A stretch of 64,000 bases of DNA from Paecilomyces variotii. Lineage: Eukaryota. Every line of letters starts with the position of its first letter. Positions within the stretch are counted from its first letter, which is position 1. Position numbers and translations under genes: made by a program. The notes below the pieces were generated by a model, which saw only the letters and a program-made list of their open reading frames with translations, did no database searches and had not been told where the DNA came from. Where the stretch lies: the NCBI GenBank assembly GCA_004022145.1, contig RCNU01000001.1; one strand, 5' to 3'. Below are positions 1-13,062 of the stretch, one piece after another.

Positions 1-657
1 GATCATCTCCGACGGCACTGTCTTTTAATAACCCTTCGTTTCTTTCCGTTCCAAAACCTTCATACAGCTTTCTCTTCGGGACTTCTCGGCCTTCTTCAAC
101 CGTATTCATCTCATAATGACTATTTCACGACCAGGTGTTTCGTTGGTGCCTTCTTGAGAACCTTTCTCCTCCAGTCGTAATTTTTTATTTGTCCCCAACT
201 ACTCTGTGAACGATAACGACGACTTACTTCATATTGGCTTTGACATGCTCAAGAAACTTAATGCAATCATAATACCAGTTCTTTAAAAGGTCCAACTTGT
301 TGCATGAGGCGGATAGTTGAAATGTAACAGCTGCTAGGAAAACAATGCAATGCGACAGCTGATTCATCCTTGCATTGGAAATGCAATGAATCTATATACA
401 GAAGCCGTATTCGATCTGGCGCCGTAACGTACTGTGTAGGTAAAATTGAGTCTTTGTCCCAGCTCATGCAGCATCTGGAGTAAGGCTAGAATAGCTAGTT
501 GATCGGCTTGATGTCGATCTCTTTTTAGGCCATCGAAAACCCACTGAAAAGTCTCCGATAATGCACGGTCGGTCAAAGCTGCAGCAATAATAGCTAAAGT
601 AATAATAACCTGGGAGCGTGCCTTGGAACCACGGCACGTGATCCTGCGGAACATCAT
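1..657 (-). CDS. Possible spliced hypothetical gene running off the left edge (partial)
   Basis: ORF 364..657 can be joined through a short GTACGT..TATAG intron and a GTAAGT(227)..AATAG(120) intron into one open frame that continues to position 1. No recognisable domain and weak branch sites. Divergent from GTR1. Confidence 0.3.
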
Positions 658-915
658 TGACCCCAGCCACTATTATTACTCTCCGCAACGTCGGCCAAGA
701 TTCCCGCAACGCTTCGATATATCATTTCGAGAGCCCTCAATTCCACAAATCGTCCCCTTTGAAGCCGCTATCCAGATAAGTTTGAAGCCTAGTCAGGCCA
801 CATATTATTGTTGAATAGACTATTTGCATTGTATTCCCCGCAACGCTGATCTTGCGTAAACTGCTCTCTTATCGCTGCCACCTTTTGAGCTAGCCTCGAG
901 CTCACACCGGACACA

Positions 916-2028
916 ATGGATATGCGGAAAAAGAAGAAGAAGGTTCTCCTTATGGGGAAGAGTGGATCGGGAAAATCCTCCATGCGTTCCATTATCTTCA
1001 GCAATTATGTCGCCAAGGACGTACGCCGATTAGGAGCAACGATTGACGTTGAGCACAGCCATGTCAAGTTCATGGGAAACCTCACACTTAATCTATGGGA
1101 CTGCGGAGGGTGAGTCTTTCTTCTCACATAATTTAGGGCTCGAGAAGAATCTTGTCTGACGTGCGTATATCGCGCTTGTAGCCAGGATGCCTTCATGGAA
1201 ACGTACCTAGCCTCTCAACGAGGCAACATTTTCTCCGACGTCGCTGTTCTGATCTACGTATTCGATATCGAATCACGAGAAGTGGAACGCGATCTCGATA
1301 CTTACAATGCTATAATCGATGCGCTGAAGGAGTTTAGCCCGAATGCTTATGTCTTCTGTCTTATCCACAAGCTGGACCTGATCCAGGCGGAGCACCGTCA
1401 GCGGATATACGAGGAGCGATCCTCTTTGATTCGAAGCCGTTCGGACCACCTTGCAATCGATACGTTTGGAAGCAGCATCTGGGACCAATCATTATACAAA
1501 GCCTGGGCGGGCATAGTCCACAAGCTGATACCGAACCTCTACGTCATTGAAAGGTTCCTGAGCGCTTTTGCAAAAAAGATCGATGCAGAGGAAGTCATAC
1601 TCTTTGAGCGGTCTACTTTTCTCACGGTCACTTCTGTGACATCTGATGTTGGAAATATGAATCCGATCTATGATCGACATGAACGTCTGTCCAACATCAT
1701 GAAGGCCTTCAAACATTGCGCTGCCAGGAACACACATACTACACCTGCATCGGCTGGGTTTTTGGTAATGCATACGAAAACTCCGCAATTCAACGTCTTT
1801 TTGGGCCGCTTTACCGATAATACATACATCTTTGTCGTCGTACCGCCCGGAGAAGCCGTGTACAACTGCGCTGTTTTAAACACGATGCTTGCAAGGGAAG
1901 GATTCTCGAAAGCTGCTGAAGCCGGTTACGCTGACGGGTTCCCCCTCCCAGCAGTGGAAGGCCCGGGTGCAAATGGAACGAATGGAACCGCCAATCTACA
2001 GTCTGACACATCTCCCGATGAAGAGTAG
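916..2028 (+). CDS. GTR1: Rag A/B-type small GTPase (TORC1 amino-acid signalling)
   Basis: Exons 916-1109 and 1182-2028 (intron GTGAGT..CTGAC..TAG). Motifs GKSGSGKS (P-loop), [18 protein letters not shown] (spans the splice) and HKLD. Confidence 0.97.
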
Positions 2029-4821
2029 ATGTCAACTTCTAGGACGAGTATTAACAATACCATCATCCTCCCTCCCCGGTAGATTTTCCAGACATGAGGC
2101 ATATGACAGTCGAGTTCTGGATATATGATTTTCCCTATGTTCCAATGCTTGAAGCGTTCCAGCATTAAGACATGCTCATATGTACGTACTACGAGATACC
2201 CAACGATGAAATGTATAGCATAACGCCTTTCTTGACACAATAGAATAGTTTATTCTGTGTTTCCTTCATCCTAATATAAGAGACACTTCCGTTTCGCTCT
2301 GCTCATGCAGTGCCTTATTCTCGCCTATCTACGTAGAATAGCAATTTGGCGGACATCAAACCGGCATATGGCACCGACCTTATGGCTCACCTAAGTGTGA
2401 CGAACAAAAAAGTAAAATAATACAGGAGACACAGGAGACACAAGACATATATGGGTGTAGATAGTCAGCATGAGGTGAATGAATCAGTTGCCCTAGGCTG
2501 AGATGCAGCTGCCCCAATCAGAGATACCGACTCATTGGAAAGAGCAGTTGCCTGAAAGCATATAATCCGGAAATGCAGGGTGGACCTAAGTATACACTAG
2601 GCTGTCAGTCTCGTATTTGACTTCCACAGCAGTGAGGGCTTAGTTACCTATCTCAAACCACCAACACCATAAACCAAGCATCGCTAGCTATCTCCAGTCT
2701 CTATGGATCTGCAAACAGTCCCTCTGCACTGGAAATAAGCATGCTTCCACTCATTCTGATGAGAGCATAGCCATCTTTATCGAGCCTCTATTCGCCAATT
2801 GAGACTAAGTCAGTACCTGGTGACAGACTTTTCTCCCCACTGGCCGGGGAGGGTAAAAGGAGGCGGTGTATGAATTGACAATGTCGATTTGCACTGACAT
2901 CCAGCAAGGCAACTATTACAAGAGCCTCGGAATGCGGACCAGGTTAAAACTGATCAGCTCAAAAACCAATTTAGTTTCTTCTGACCGCCTTGGCCTTTTG
3001 TCGGCGTACTTGCTGGTCGAGAACTTGCACATGCACGGATGCCCATGCTGATGTGTCCCTGAATATCCGCCTTCTAGACCCATAGCAGCAGCTCACTTAT
3101 ATGTACCCCGTATTCCTCTGCCACACTCTTTGTATGCCGAAATGACATCTGTCGAATCGGAGGGAAATATGGCGGGAAACTCGACACATTATTATTCCGA
3201 TTGAATAAACCAGGATTCTGCGCGGACTGAGTTGTCCTCGAAGTTTGTCTCGTATTCCTGCCGCCTGCTGATAAGTGATACGGAATACCCCAGATAATAA
3301 TCGACCTCAATCCCTCATTATGACACCCTGGCCCTGTTATCTTTTGGTCAAAACCGACGGGAGCGTGATCTCTGACGTGAGAATATGACGCTTGAACCAT
3401 TCTCTGTCCAGGGAGCAAATGTTTTGCGTGTTGCGTCCGTACAATTGAGGCAATCGCAAGAGCTCACCGGAACCATTGATTCCGCGTAAGCAGCGGGATG
3501 TATGCACCACGACATAAAAAGGTACTGTCTTGCAGCAAGAGAAGCAAGAAATCTCATATTCTCTGACCAACGAACATCTGGTACACCATCATGATCGTTG
3601 CTTTTTGCTGCCCGAATGAAGCACTTAGCGGATGCCTGGGCGGACGGACCGAGAGGCAACCACGAGGCATGCAAGCTAACGGAAAGCAACTGCAACGGGG
3701 CAATCTATGATGTGTCTGGAAGGGCCGATAGCTCGGGAAGTGAAGCTGAGAGATATATTTAAAAGAAGTCGCTGCTCTGAAAAGACTGACCGGATCATGA
3801 TCAAGTTCGACATTCAGAGTCTATTGTGCTGAGGCTGGCAGCACTCCTGGGGATTCAGGCCTGGAACGAGCTGAGCTCTGCCTGCCAAAATGATCTCCTC
3901 TCCTGGACAGGCCAGAATTCACGATTGCTCCCTATGATTGATAGGATGGAGCGCTGATTTCGTTTGTGACCTCGTTGAGCCACCGTCACAATGCCGTCTA
4001 TCGTTGATGAGACTGAAGAGGACGCTTAGCTACCAGGTCACCACTACCACTACGCTCCCCGCCCCTGTCTTCGGCCCATGTTCAGCCCACTCTACCGATA
4101 GATTGGAGAACATGAAAGAAGCAGCCTCCAGGACCCAAAGGCCGAAGCCCGCCCGCATTACCCGAGAGCCAGTCTACACAATGCCATAGTCTTTGCAACC
4201 TTGAGCGCTAGCTCGAAATCAGTTGAGCCTCTTGATCCGGATCGGAGGATACCACGGTCAGGTGGGTAAAGGTATCGATGACAGGTTGCTCGTGGCCTCT
4301 GGCTATCTGCGGCTCTTGACCACGCTTGTGGTAAAGGAACGCTGCCACTTTACTTTCGGGTATCCACACGTCCTTCCCACGTTGTCTCTACGCCAATTAT
4401 TCTTGCATTGGGCACCCTCTGGATGATTATGTTCGGATTTCAGCTTGACATGTCATCATGCTGTGTGTTATCTCCGGAACGATCTGCAGGCCATTTGCGA
4501 GCGGTATCAGCAGTTGAGCCTCATGCCGATATGGGAAGGATAAAAGGGGAGTATGAGCTGGATAGGTCCAGCGAACTACTTCTGCATACGGCGGGAAAAG
4601 GTTGAAAATATCTTTTTAACAGAGATTTTATCAAATAACTCTTGTCGATTTATTGCAGGTACGTCATATTCATGGTTGTTTGATATCTACAATAAACTAA
4701 GATCGTCATCTCAAGCAGTCACGGATAATAGCCCACCCAGGAAAGACCTCAATACGCCCCAGATATCAGGTGCCGGTCTATCTCACCGAAGAAATAGGCC
4801 AGGTTCTGGCTGTTCTCGAGA

Positions 4822-5661
4822 ATGGCCCCTCAAGACATTCGGGACCTTGCCTTTTTGTTCAACATCGTCCCCGTTACTGTCAGCGAGCATGCTAGTGAAC
4901 AGCGCAAAGGCTTGGTATCAGCGCAATACTGGTATCCACCACTTGATCAGGATCAATTCGTCCGAATTGACAGTCAAAGTACGGGCTGGTGCAGCTGGTC
5001 TGCACGCACGGGAGTCCAGGAACAGGTCATTCCAAACGATCCTGGGAGAAACGATGAAGTATATACAGTCTTCTTTAACCAGGAAAATGACCATTTTCTT
5101 GTTGTTCCCATTGACTGCTCTCGAGAAAGTCTCCGACAACGCGTGGATGCGGAACCCAACTGGCCTACTGTAGGCTGGTTCAGGGTGAATTTCAAACACT
5201 TACACGATGGCCGGATGTCAAAACTTACTCATGAGCCTATGGACTGTTATCATCTTGGTGCAAGGGGATCACCAGAATGGGTACCTCAGCTGCTTCCCTT
5301 CGCCTATGACCAAAGCGAAAGCGACTTCGTCACAGGTCTTACGGGAAAGCTTTCTCTATTAGTGGCCATGGCGGCATTTACATCAGAGTTCCGACGTGAA
5401 CATTTTATCACCACGATGAGGGACCATTTCCAGCCACCGAGATGGATACCCAGGCCTGCTGGCACACCCCCAGTTAGTAAGTCAAGATACAGCTTTGACG
5501 AGAGAATCAAAAGTGAAACTGACAATAGGATAGAAACATGGCCACGAAGTCATCAAATGGGTGTGATCGTCAGAATACGGCCCGATCCGAGATCAGGAAT
5601 TGGGAGAACAGAGCTATCTCGTTTTGAAGAGGGTGACTTCGGCTGTTTAATTGGAAATTGA
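4822..5661 (+). CDS. Hypothetical protein of unknown function (~260-279 aa)
   Basis: 279-codon ATG ORF with globular-protein-like composition. A likely in-frame 57-nt intron lies at 5477-5533 (GTAAGT..ACTGAC..TAG). No domain recognised. Confidence 0.7.
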   Translation: MAPQDIRDLAFLFNIVPVTVSEHASEQRKGLVSAQYWYPPLDQDQFVRIDSQSTGWCSWSARTGVQEQVIPNDPGRNDEVYTVFFNQENDHFLVVPIDCSRESLRQRVDAEPNWPTVGWFRVNFKHLHDGRMSKLTHEPMDCYHLGARGSPEWVPQLLPFAYDQSESDFVTGLTGKLSLLVAMAAFTSEFRREHFITTMRDHFQPPRWIPRPAGTPPVSKSRYSFDERIKSETDNRIETWPRSHQMGVIVRIRPDPRSGIGRTELSRFEEGDFGCLIGN

Positions 5662-6511
5662 GGGCACTAGGTTTCACTCTGCATCCTTACAATGATCACG
5701 GGCAGTCTGCGAGATGTACATCACGCAGCTCTACTGTCGTCTCTCTTAGACTACCTCTTTTCCCCATGTTGATTGAGCCATCCTACATGCAGGCAGGCTA
5801 CCAACTTGACCTGATCTATATACCGCCCCCTTTCTTTAATTTAAAAGCGTTTTCCAGGCTTACCTACCCATCATATAGAAAGCTAATGCAACAGTAAAGG
5901 AGGGCCATGCGACCAATGCTACACCTTCACATCTACGTCATGGTCAATAGCAGGAGAAGGTGCTTATCTCTGTTGGCGGCTAGAGCACGACATCTACCTG
6001 CCGGTCCGCAATTTTTGCGGCGACTTGCCCTAATGGCTGGATCTCCAAAGAAATCGGATTTGCGGCGTGTCTGCCAAGAAGCGAGGCTATGCATGACATG
6101 AGAAGATGAGATGACTAGTTAGTTCGCGAACCATGCAAGTGCTAGTTAGTTAACTTAATTATGGGTATATTAGTCAGGATCGACCGATCAACCCAGAAAT
6201 TCTATAGGATACCCTGTGTTTATGGAACAGAAAAAGGGAAGATTTCCACAGCAACAATCATGCTAGGAATACTGTAAGGAGACAACCACAGGATCAGGAG
6301 TGTGAGAAAAAAAAAAAAATAAATCTTTTTCCTTGGTCAAACCGCCCTTGGGACCCCAAAAGAAGAGGAAAATGATGTAGAAGGATGAGTTGCTATTCCT
6401 CCTAGGTATTCGGAGAGCAATGGGGAAAATTAGGGACAGAAGAGTTTTAGGGCCGTGGCGCCTGCGGCATGCGGGCGCATACATCAAATTCGACTACCAA
6501 ACAACGTTACA

Positions 6512-8709
6512 TCATTGGACATCTGGTAATCGAACGGCAATGTCTCCAGACTGCGTAATGTATCGGACCCAAGGAAGGGAGGGATATTGGAGCTGTGGTC
6601 GGGGAGAAGTGCGAAGTTAGCGATTGTTTCCCATCACAGAAAAAAAAAAAAGTTATGAGTGGGCAAGGAAACCCGGGATAGGCATTGGACAACGGTGCCA
6701 GCGCATCACACAAGGCCCTGTGAGGAGCCACGACAGCGGTGCGTGGTTCTTTGAAGACGCTCGGATGAACCGCAAGCTTTACTGGCTTCTGCATCTGCCA
6801 CACGGTCCGCCAAAAACTGCGGGAAATAGCAAACTAGTTGCTGCAGAAGCGGCACCGTAGCATAGCCCGGGCATGGAGGGGTTTGGTTTAGAAAACAGAC
6901 AGCTCGCCTTCGAAATACCAGAAGAGATCTGTGGATGGTTTTCGGGAAACGAGTGGGAGGGGGACTGCATCGGGGGGGAAATGAGAGAGAAACTAATAAA
7001 ACTCACCTTCGGTTCAATGATCTTCAAGTATCGGACTTGGATACCACTCGTGGTGAAGTAGGGTATCTCAAACTTGACGTTGATCGGGCGTTTGCTCTTT
7101 CCCTGTCCTACGCCACCCATACTACCTCCAAATCCACCAGTCATGCCGCCTCCATGTTCATCATCACCCTTGACGGACGGAAGGCCGAGTTCGGCGCGCA
7201 TGAGGAATTCTTTCCCTCCACCGAACTGCTTGATCTTCCAAATGATAGCAGACTTTTCCGGCGCATAGTGGACGGAGCCAATATTCGTCCGGAAACGCGG
7301 GGAGTCCGCATCTTCGGGCACAGGGACTAAGATTTCGACATTGTTGGCCGTGCTTCGACGCTTGAACTGGGCTTTTGCCTACATCATCATCAATGATTTT
7401 GTTAGAGCTTAGTCAAGTCTGGTCAGGAAGATGAAATTGCAATGGGGTTGGCGAATGGTGAAGCGAGTCCAGTTGTATTTCGGGTACGATGCCCCGTGCA
7501 TGGCTCTACTCACCTTTAGCATATACTCGATCCGAGAACCAGAGTGGGATTCAACTAGACATTCGACCCATATCAATGGTTTAACCTGGGTGTTTAATCG
7601 GTAGCTCATCAGCTCGAACTCTCCATCCGGCGGAATAAAGCTGATCGTTCGGTCATTTTCGAATCTGGAAAGTCTGACACATTGGTGGAACTTGACATCC
7701 TCCATCTCGACGGCCTTGCCTCTGGTGGCTCTACCGGTTGTTTCGAACATGACTTTATCATTCAATCCAAGACGAAGTTCCGGCATACCACTGAGGTAGC
7801 ACTTCATCTTGATTGCGCCCAAAATCTCCGACCGCAGAACGTTGCCGTTGGATGATACGAGCAGGTTCAAGGACTCAACCACGTCGAGGAAGACCTCGTT
7901 CTTGCGATATCTGATTCCTTCGCTTCTCCACGATACGGCGTTTGTAACAGCAATAGGTGGCCGTGCCTGGACTTCAAGCTTGTGCGATTCCTGCGTGATG
8001 TACCTGGTGAGGGGTATCACAGTTAATGCCGGTGCCTCCCCTAGAGCGGTCCACGAAAGTCGCGATCCAAAACTTACTCTTGCAGGATCTTGCTCTCTGT
8101 AGTCTGAGGGTAACCAAAGTCCATCATTTCATCCAGCAGTTCGTATATAATGACGAAGTTATCTCTGATACTCTCCTCCTCCAATTCCTTGAAGTATTCC
8201 GTGAAGACCTCCACGATCTTGTGGAGGAACAGCAGGATCTCGGTGGCATTTGTGTTTCTCTTCGTGAGCGCGAGGATATAAAGGTTACTATGGCGGATGT
8301 AGAGGTACTTTCGAACGCAAGTGGTGGGTTAGCGACCATCATGACACGGTAACTCATTTTCCGATAATATTGGAGGAAGAGGGCCGGTTGACGACGCGCA
8401 AAGTAGTAAAACGTACGTTGATGCCTTCATCAGAGAAGCATGGAGGAACAGCCGAGCTCTCTTCTTCGGCTTCACTGAGTAGGATAGGGAATTTCTCGAC
8501 CGCGGACATGGGAATGTCACCGCGATAGTTGCGGGCCAGAAGGGTCTATTGTATACAGACAGCACATAAACATGATTAGCAACGTTCCAAGCATGAAATC
8601 CAGCTGTGACAGAAGGAAAGAACACAATCACAGCCCATCTCACTCCCCCGAACTTCCCATACAAACATACCTTGCCCTTCAGGTCCAAGAAGAAGATAGC
8701 CGACGCCAT
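6512..8709 (-). CDS. APM1: AP-1 adaptor complex medium (mu-1) subunit
   Basis: Six exons: 8709-8671, 8545-8417, 8307-8078, 8003-7514, 7378-7007, 6592-6512. Motifs MASAIFFLDLKGK, VSWRSEGIRYRKNEVFLDVVES, FHQCVRL, SFIPPDGEFELMSYR, TSGIQVRYLKI and LPWVRYITQSG. Confidence 0.97.
6626..6950 (-). ncRNA. Candidate structured intronic RNA element in APM1 intron 5 (family unknown)
   Basis: Nested complementary segments 6626-6632/6944-6950, 6662-6667/6903-6908, 6672-6677/6866-6871, 6692-6699/6851-6858 and 6785-6793/6842-6850, plus several internal hairpins, inside the 414-nt intron 6593-7006. Confidence 0.5.
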
Positions 8710-9711
8710 GGCGGCGAGTACGAGTTGGTCTGCGGTTTCAGCGTCGAGGGAAATAGATCATTCTGCAGCAGCGGGCAAGCAAGCAATCAGGAGCAACGCA
8801 AAAGTCCTCCCTTTTCCACAAAAAACCCCCAGTGAATTCTTCTGCGCCTTACTCGCAAGCGCGCCAACTGCGTCCAGAGGGATGTTCTATGGGAAGCAAT
8901 GGTGTTGAATTGTCCTTCTCCCGTCGCCTCATCATCCTCCACATGTGTCCGGTCGGGTCGGGGGGTTCCACGGGCGATACGCCAACTCCCAATCAGGCCT
9001 AGCGCCCCGCCCCTCTTTCTCGTCGCCAGGGAAAAAAATAATGCCGTTAATTATAAAAGAAAACCCGCGGTCCTGCTTTTTTTTTTGTTTTTCTTTTCTT
9101 CTTTCTTTTTTCAACGCTCCCAAAAGACAGTGCAAGACACCATTATGCCCTGGTCCATGCTGGCATTCTGTCAGAATGGACTATTTTATGGGTTTATGCC
9201 TCGATTGATGATACTTGCGATATAGAGGTGCGGAGAGTAGTTGATTTGAGGTCCCATAAGAGCTGGCCGGGTATTTTGCTCACTGTTATCCGGGCGGTGT
9301 CAGAGGGACCGCACATATCTTTTGTCTTTAATACAATATTGATTAATAATATTATTATTTGTAGTGCCAATGCCTGGTTCGTGGCTATGATACGATCATG
9401 TCATGGTTTAGTGAATTCTGTGGCATTTCTCTTGTTTTTCTTTTCTATAGGAGATTCGAGAGAGGTTTTTTTTTTCGATCCATATAGGTACAGCTGAAAA
9501 GAAAAAAAGCCCTGAAATGGTATCCCGCGACAACGAAAACGTGACCGGTAGAGATATAAAAGTACATGTACAGGCTTGGGTGATGAGGAAAGACAATGGG
9601 TTCATCCCCGCCCATAAAACAAGCATCGGAAAAAAAACGAAGGTGAAAAAAAAGGAAATAAACGCCTTGAAATGCTCCTTGCAGCCGGTTCCCCAAGACA
9701 GGATAGAGACG

Positions 9712-9731
9712 CTCTCTCTCTCTCTCTCTCT
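9712..9731. repeat. (CT)10 microsatellite overlapping the MRPL15 stop codon and 3' UTR
   Basis: ctctctctctctctctctct read directly. Confidence 0.9.
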
Positions 9732-10645
9732 AAGGAAGTGTCGACCTCAGTCCCAAAGGCGCCAGTATCCGTTCCTGTGCGACTTTGTTGGCAACATGTC
9801 CGCCCTTCTCCAACGCAACAGCACCCACGACAGCGTACAGGGTATGAGCAAGGACCACGTCAATTCCGGAGCTCTGGAGGTTGTTGGGCTAGGCACCATA
9901 ATGATCAGTATCCATGAATGAAGTTCACCGGTGTATAAATGGGAACGAAGGACAAATTTACCTTCCGCGGCGACCATCTGATGACATTCTGCAACTCGTA
10001 TTTCTGAGCTAGCTCCGCCAGCTTCGTCTTGCTCGTGAGGAAGCTCTTCGTGTTGGTGGAAAGGTTGCTCAGGCCCTCCAGTGCCTGGTGCTGGAAAGGT
10101 TTCCGGCCGTAAGGATCTTCAGGCGTCTTCTTCGCAAAGTTGCCTGCATCCTGAACCAAGGCCAAGGAAGCCTGTAGCTGAACTATCCGCTTGCCTGTTG
10201 TAATTTGATGCCATCAGCACGTGCTTCTTCGTTGACCGTCATTTCTGTTTTACGCACCGAGAAATGCAAGACGGTCATTGAAACCTCTTCTGCCTTGGTC
10301 GAAACTCTTGTGAGTCACCGCGAGCCACTTGATCTCGTCGGACAGGAGCTTGTCTCCTCCGTTGCCCAGCATCCGGATGTAAAACTGATCGAGGACCGCG
10401 GGATCCTCATTGACGGGAAAGTCGGGTCTTCTGGAATTGATCCGCAGACTGAATGGCGCCTTTGCGCCGGGAGGAGTGTACGACCATCGTGGCTTTCCAG
10501 CCGTCTCTTCGGAGGCCGCTGACTCTGTTGAAAGTCCACGTCTTGAGACCACAGCTGTCGTAACAATCGCACTGGTGCAGACCGGACGAGCGCGCACAGA
10601 GGAGGAAACAGCGCTGAAGGCCCGTGAAGAAAGTTTAGAAGCCAT
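9730..10645 (-). CDS. MRPL15: Mitochondrial large-subunit ribosomal protein mL57/MRPL15 (RNase III-like fold)
   Basis: Exons 10645-10258, 10194-9962, 9888-9730. Arg/Ser-rich presequence. Motifs WLAVTHKSFDQGRRGFNDRLAFLGKR and LYAVVGAVALEKGG. Confidence 0.9.
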
Positions 10646-13062
10646 CAGGAAAGCGATTGACAGAAACGGGCGTGAGGCTTAGCTTTGTCGTTATGATGAG
10701 GTCGATCTACCTGTCCGCCGGTTTTCTCCAGGCTCGAGTCGGTGGTGAGGAAGAATTCAAGAGATCCGCGCTAGGCCCGCTACGGATGGCGCGGCGATCC
10801 GCCGAAGCGCCAAGCCGCAGCGTGAAGTATGAGAAAGAAGCAACCCTTTGGGGAGGACTACAGTAACAGTAATGTGGTTTTTGAATCTCCAGTCTATATA
10901 TGAGGCTATGGGAATAAATCATATTTCTCAAATACTAGTCACTTCTTAATGGGATGACAGGTATAGGAGATAGAACATTATGCGGCCGTACTCCATGTCA
11001 AATACAAAAAGTAGTATATATTTTGAGGATGAACAACGGCGCAGTCCTTAATAGCATGTAGATATCGAGCTATCACTCTGGAGAAACTACTGCGCACTCT
11101 CATATGCGATATTAACCGGCGCGAACCGATGGGTGTACAGACGACCCCAAATGTAGCATGCACAAGCTCGTACCCGCATGACACGCGGGACTTGGCAATG
11201 ATAGAACTACCTGGCGTTATTCCATACCGCCGCTGCTTATACAAGCTAGATCGACTCTTAGGATGGAGTACGCAATCAGGAATGGGCCGACGTATCGCCA
11301 ATCCGGGCCTGGTTCCCGAGTACAGAGCGGTCAGACTGCAGGACGCCGAGATTTTCGAGAGATCGGTCTCTGGTTTCTTTCAGCAAGGCTGGAGCGTCAC
11401 ACGGCATCCCCGTATTATTTGTGTCCTGCAGAATTGATGCGGATGACGCCCAGATGGTATATGCGTGATGCTTGCAGATTTCCACTGCGGCTTAGGTGCT
11501 GATCCGGACGTTATGGTTTCTCCTGTGAAAATGAAACATCATTAGACATGTTAGCTGAAACGACCCGCTCAAGATGTGAGTTTCCATAATAACAGCCCAA
11601 TTTTGTATGATTCGTATCACAAATAGGTCTAAATTGCTTCTGGGAGTAGGTATGCATCAGCCACAAGAAACCAGCTCCCAGAAAAGAGCCCCGGATGAAG
11701 ACCGGTTTTGCGGCTGGCCCGGCGATTGACAAATACTACCAAGATGGTTGTCCATCCCGGTACAACCATAACGGATCACTCATAGATGTTCAACAGCCAA
11801 ACAAGTAGATCTTGCAGATTCGATTCTCTTGGCACTTATCCCCACATGGGCACCGAGATCTTGGATAAGCCCCTGACAGATTTGTCCAAAACCCATGTCA
11901 AGTCTGGTTTAGCCAAGGACACTACCACATCCCTGCAGTCAATGAGCATTATCCCCCGTGAAGAAGCGTCCGAGCCGGGAGTATAAGGTAGTTGTATACT
12001 TCAGCCTTCCATGAGTAGCTGGCCTATCTCTGCCTCTTTTCCTAGCACCAGGTGTAAGTTCTTGCCTGTATGCATTCTGGCGTGCCGATTTCCCGCAGAA
12101 CTCTAAGTAGACAGCCGCCTCGGGCGCTCTAGCGGCATGCAGACAATAGTATAGCTCTTTTCTGTAGGACGATAACCGGCATCAAGTTAGGCCTTCACAT
12201 AGGCCTCGTAAGCAATACTGTGAGCTCCCGGTCCGGTTTTTCTGACTGCCAGCATTTATGTGATCTCTTGATGAACATGGCATACTTCCCGCAACTATAT
12301 CGACGTCGAGATAGAGTGCCTCAGATGAGGCGACCGATAGTGTCTTCCTAAGAAGCGAGATATCCGGGGAAGATGCGTGACACCATCCCGGTGCCACCAT
12401 ATCGCATTCCCTGGTTGGACGCCGGGATCCGTACAATGAAGAATTCTCAGGGGATTCCAGAACTTGATGTCGTGCTCGCCCTTGGTTTTAGGCAGAAACG
12501 GGGCGAAGACTCCCCATGGACCGTGGAAACGGTACGATATCAGTCAAAGATAGCTTTACTAGTATCCCGGCCGTTGGGATTCCGCTCCCGGATCCGTATC
12601 GGGCTCCTACAGACTTCCCCGAATATTGATACAGCTCTCTGGCAGCAGTCAGCCATCGATTGATACTGCTGAGCGCCAGCAGAGAAGCAGTAAAGATAGT
12701 GGCACCTTGCGCCTGAACAAAGTTAGTATAATTGCCGGCATTATCCTGTGTATGGAGGTCTCCACCGCCTTTCCTGGTAACAAGATATAAGGAATAGGAG
12801 CCCACCGCTCGCCATCGTGCCATATTGTGCCATCAACACCGGATTCTCTTTCATCCGGCCCAAAGAAAATACCGCAGATAAGACAGCAGTCTGTGTGGCT
12901 TATCTCCTGAGACTTATCTCTCTTGTTTTCACCTTTTTCGCGTCTTTCACGTCTCGCACACATCATCTCCTTCCTGCAAAACCCATCGTCATTCCTAACT
13001 CTACCATCTCGAGATTCCTTTGAAAAGACAAGAACGCACTCTCCAGAACAAACATCATCAAG

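Noticed and set aside
6700-6735. SRP RNA helix-8-like AGG..AGC segment in the APM1 intron
   Set aside because: Lacks the GNRA tetraloop and AGCAG consensus, and no fungal Alu-domain 5' end is present.
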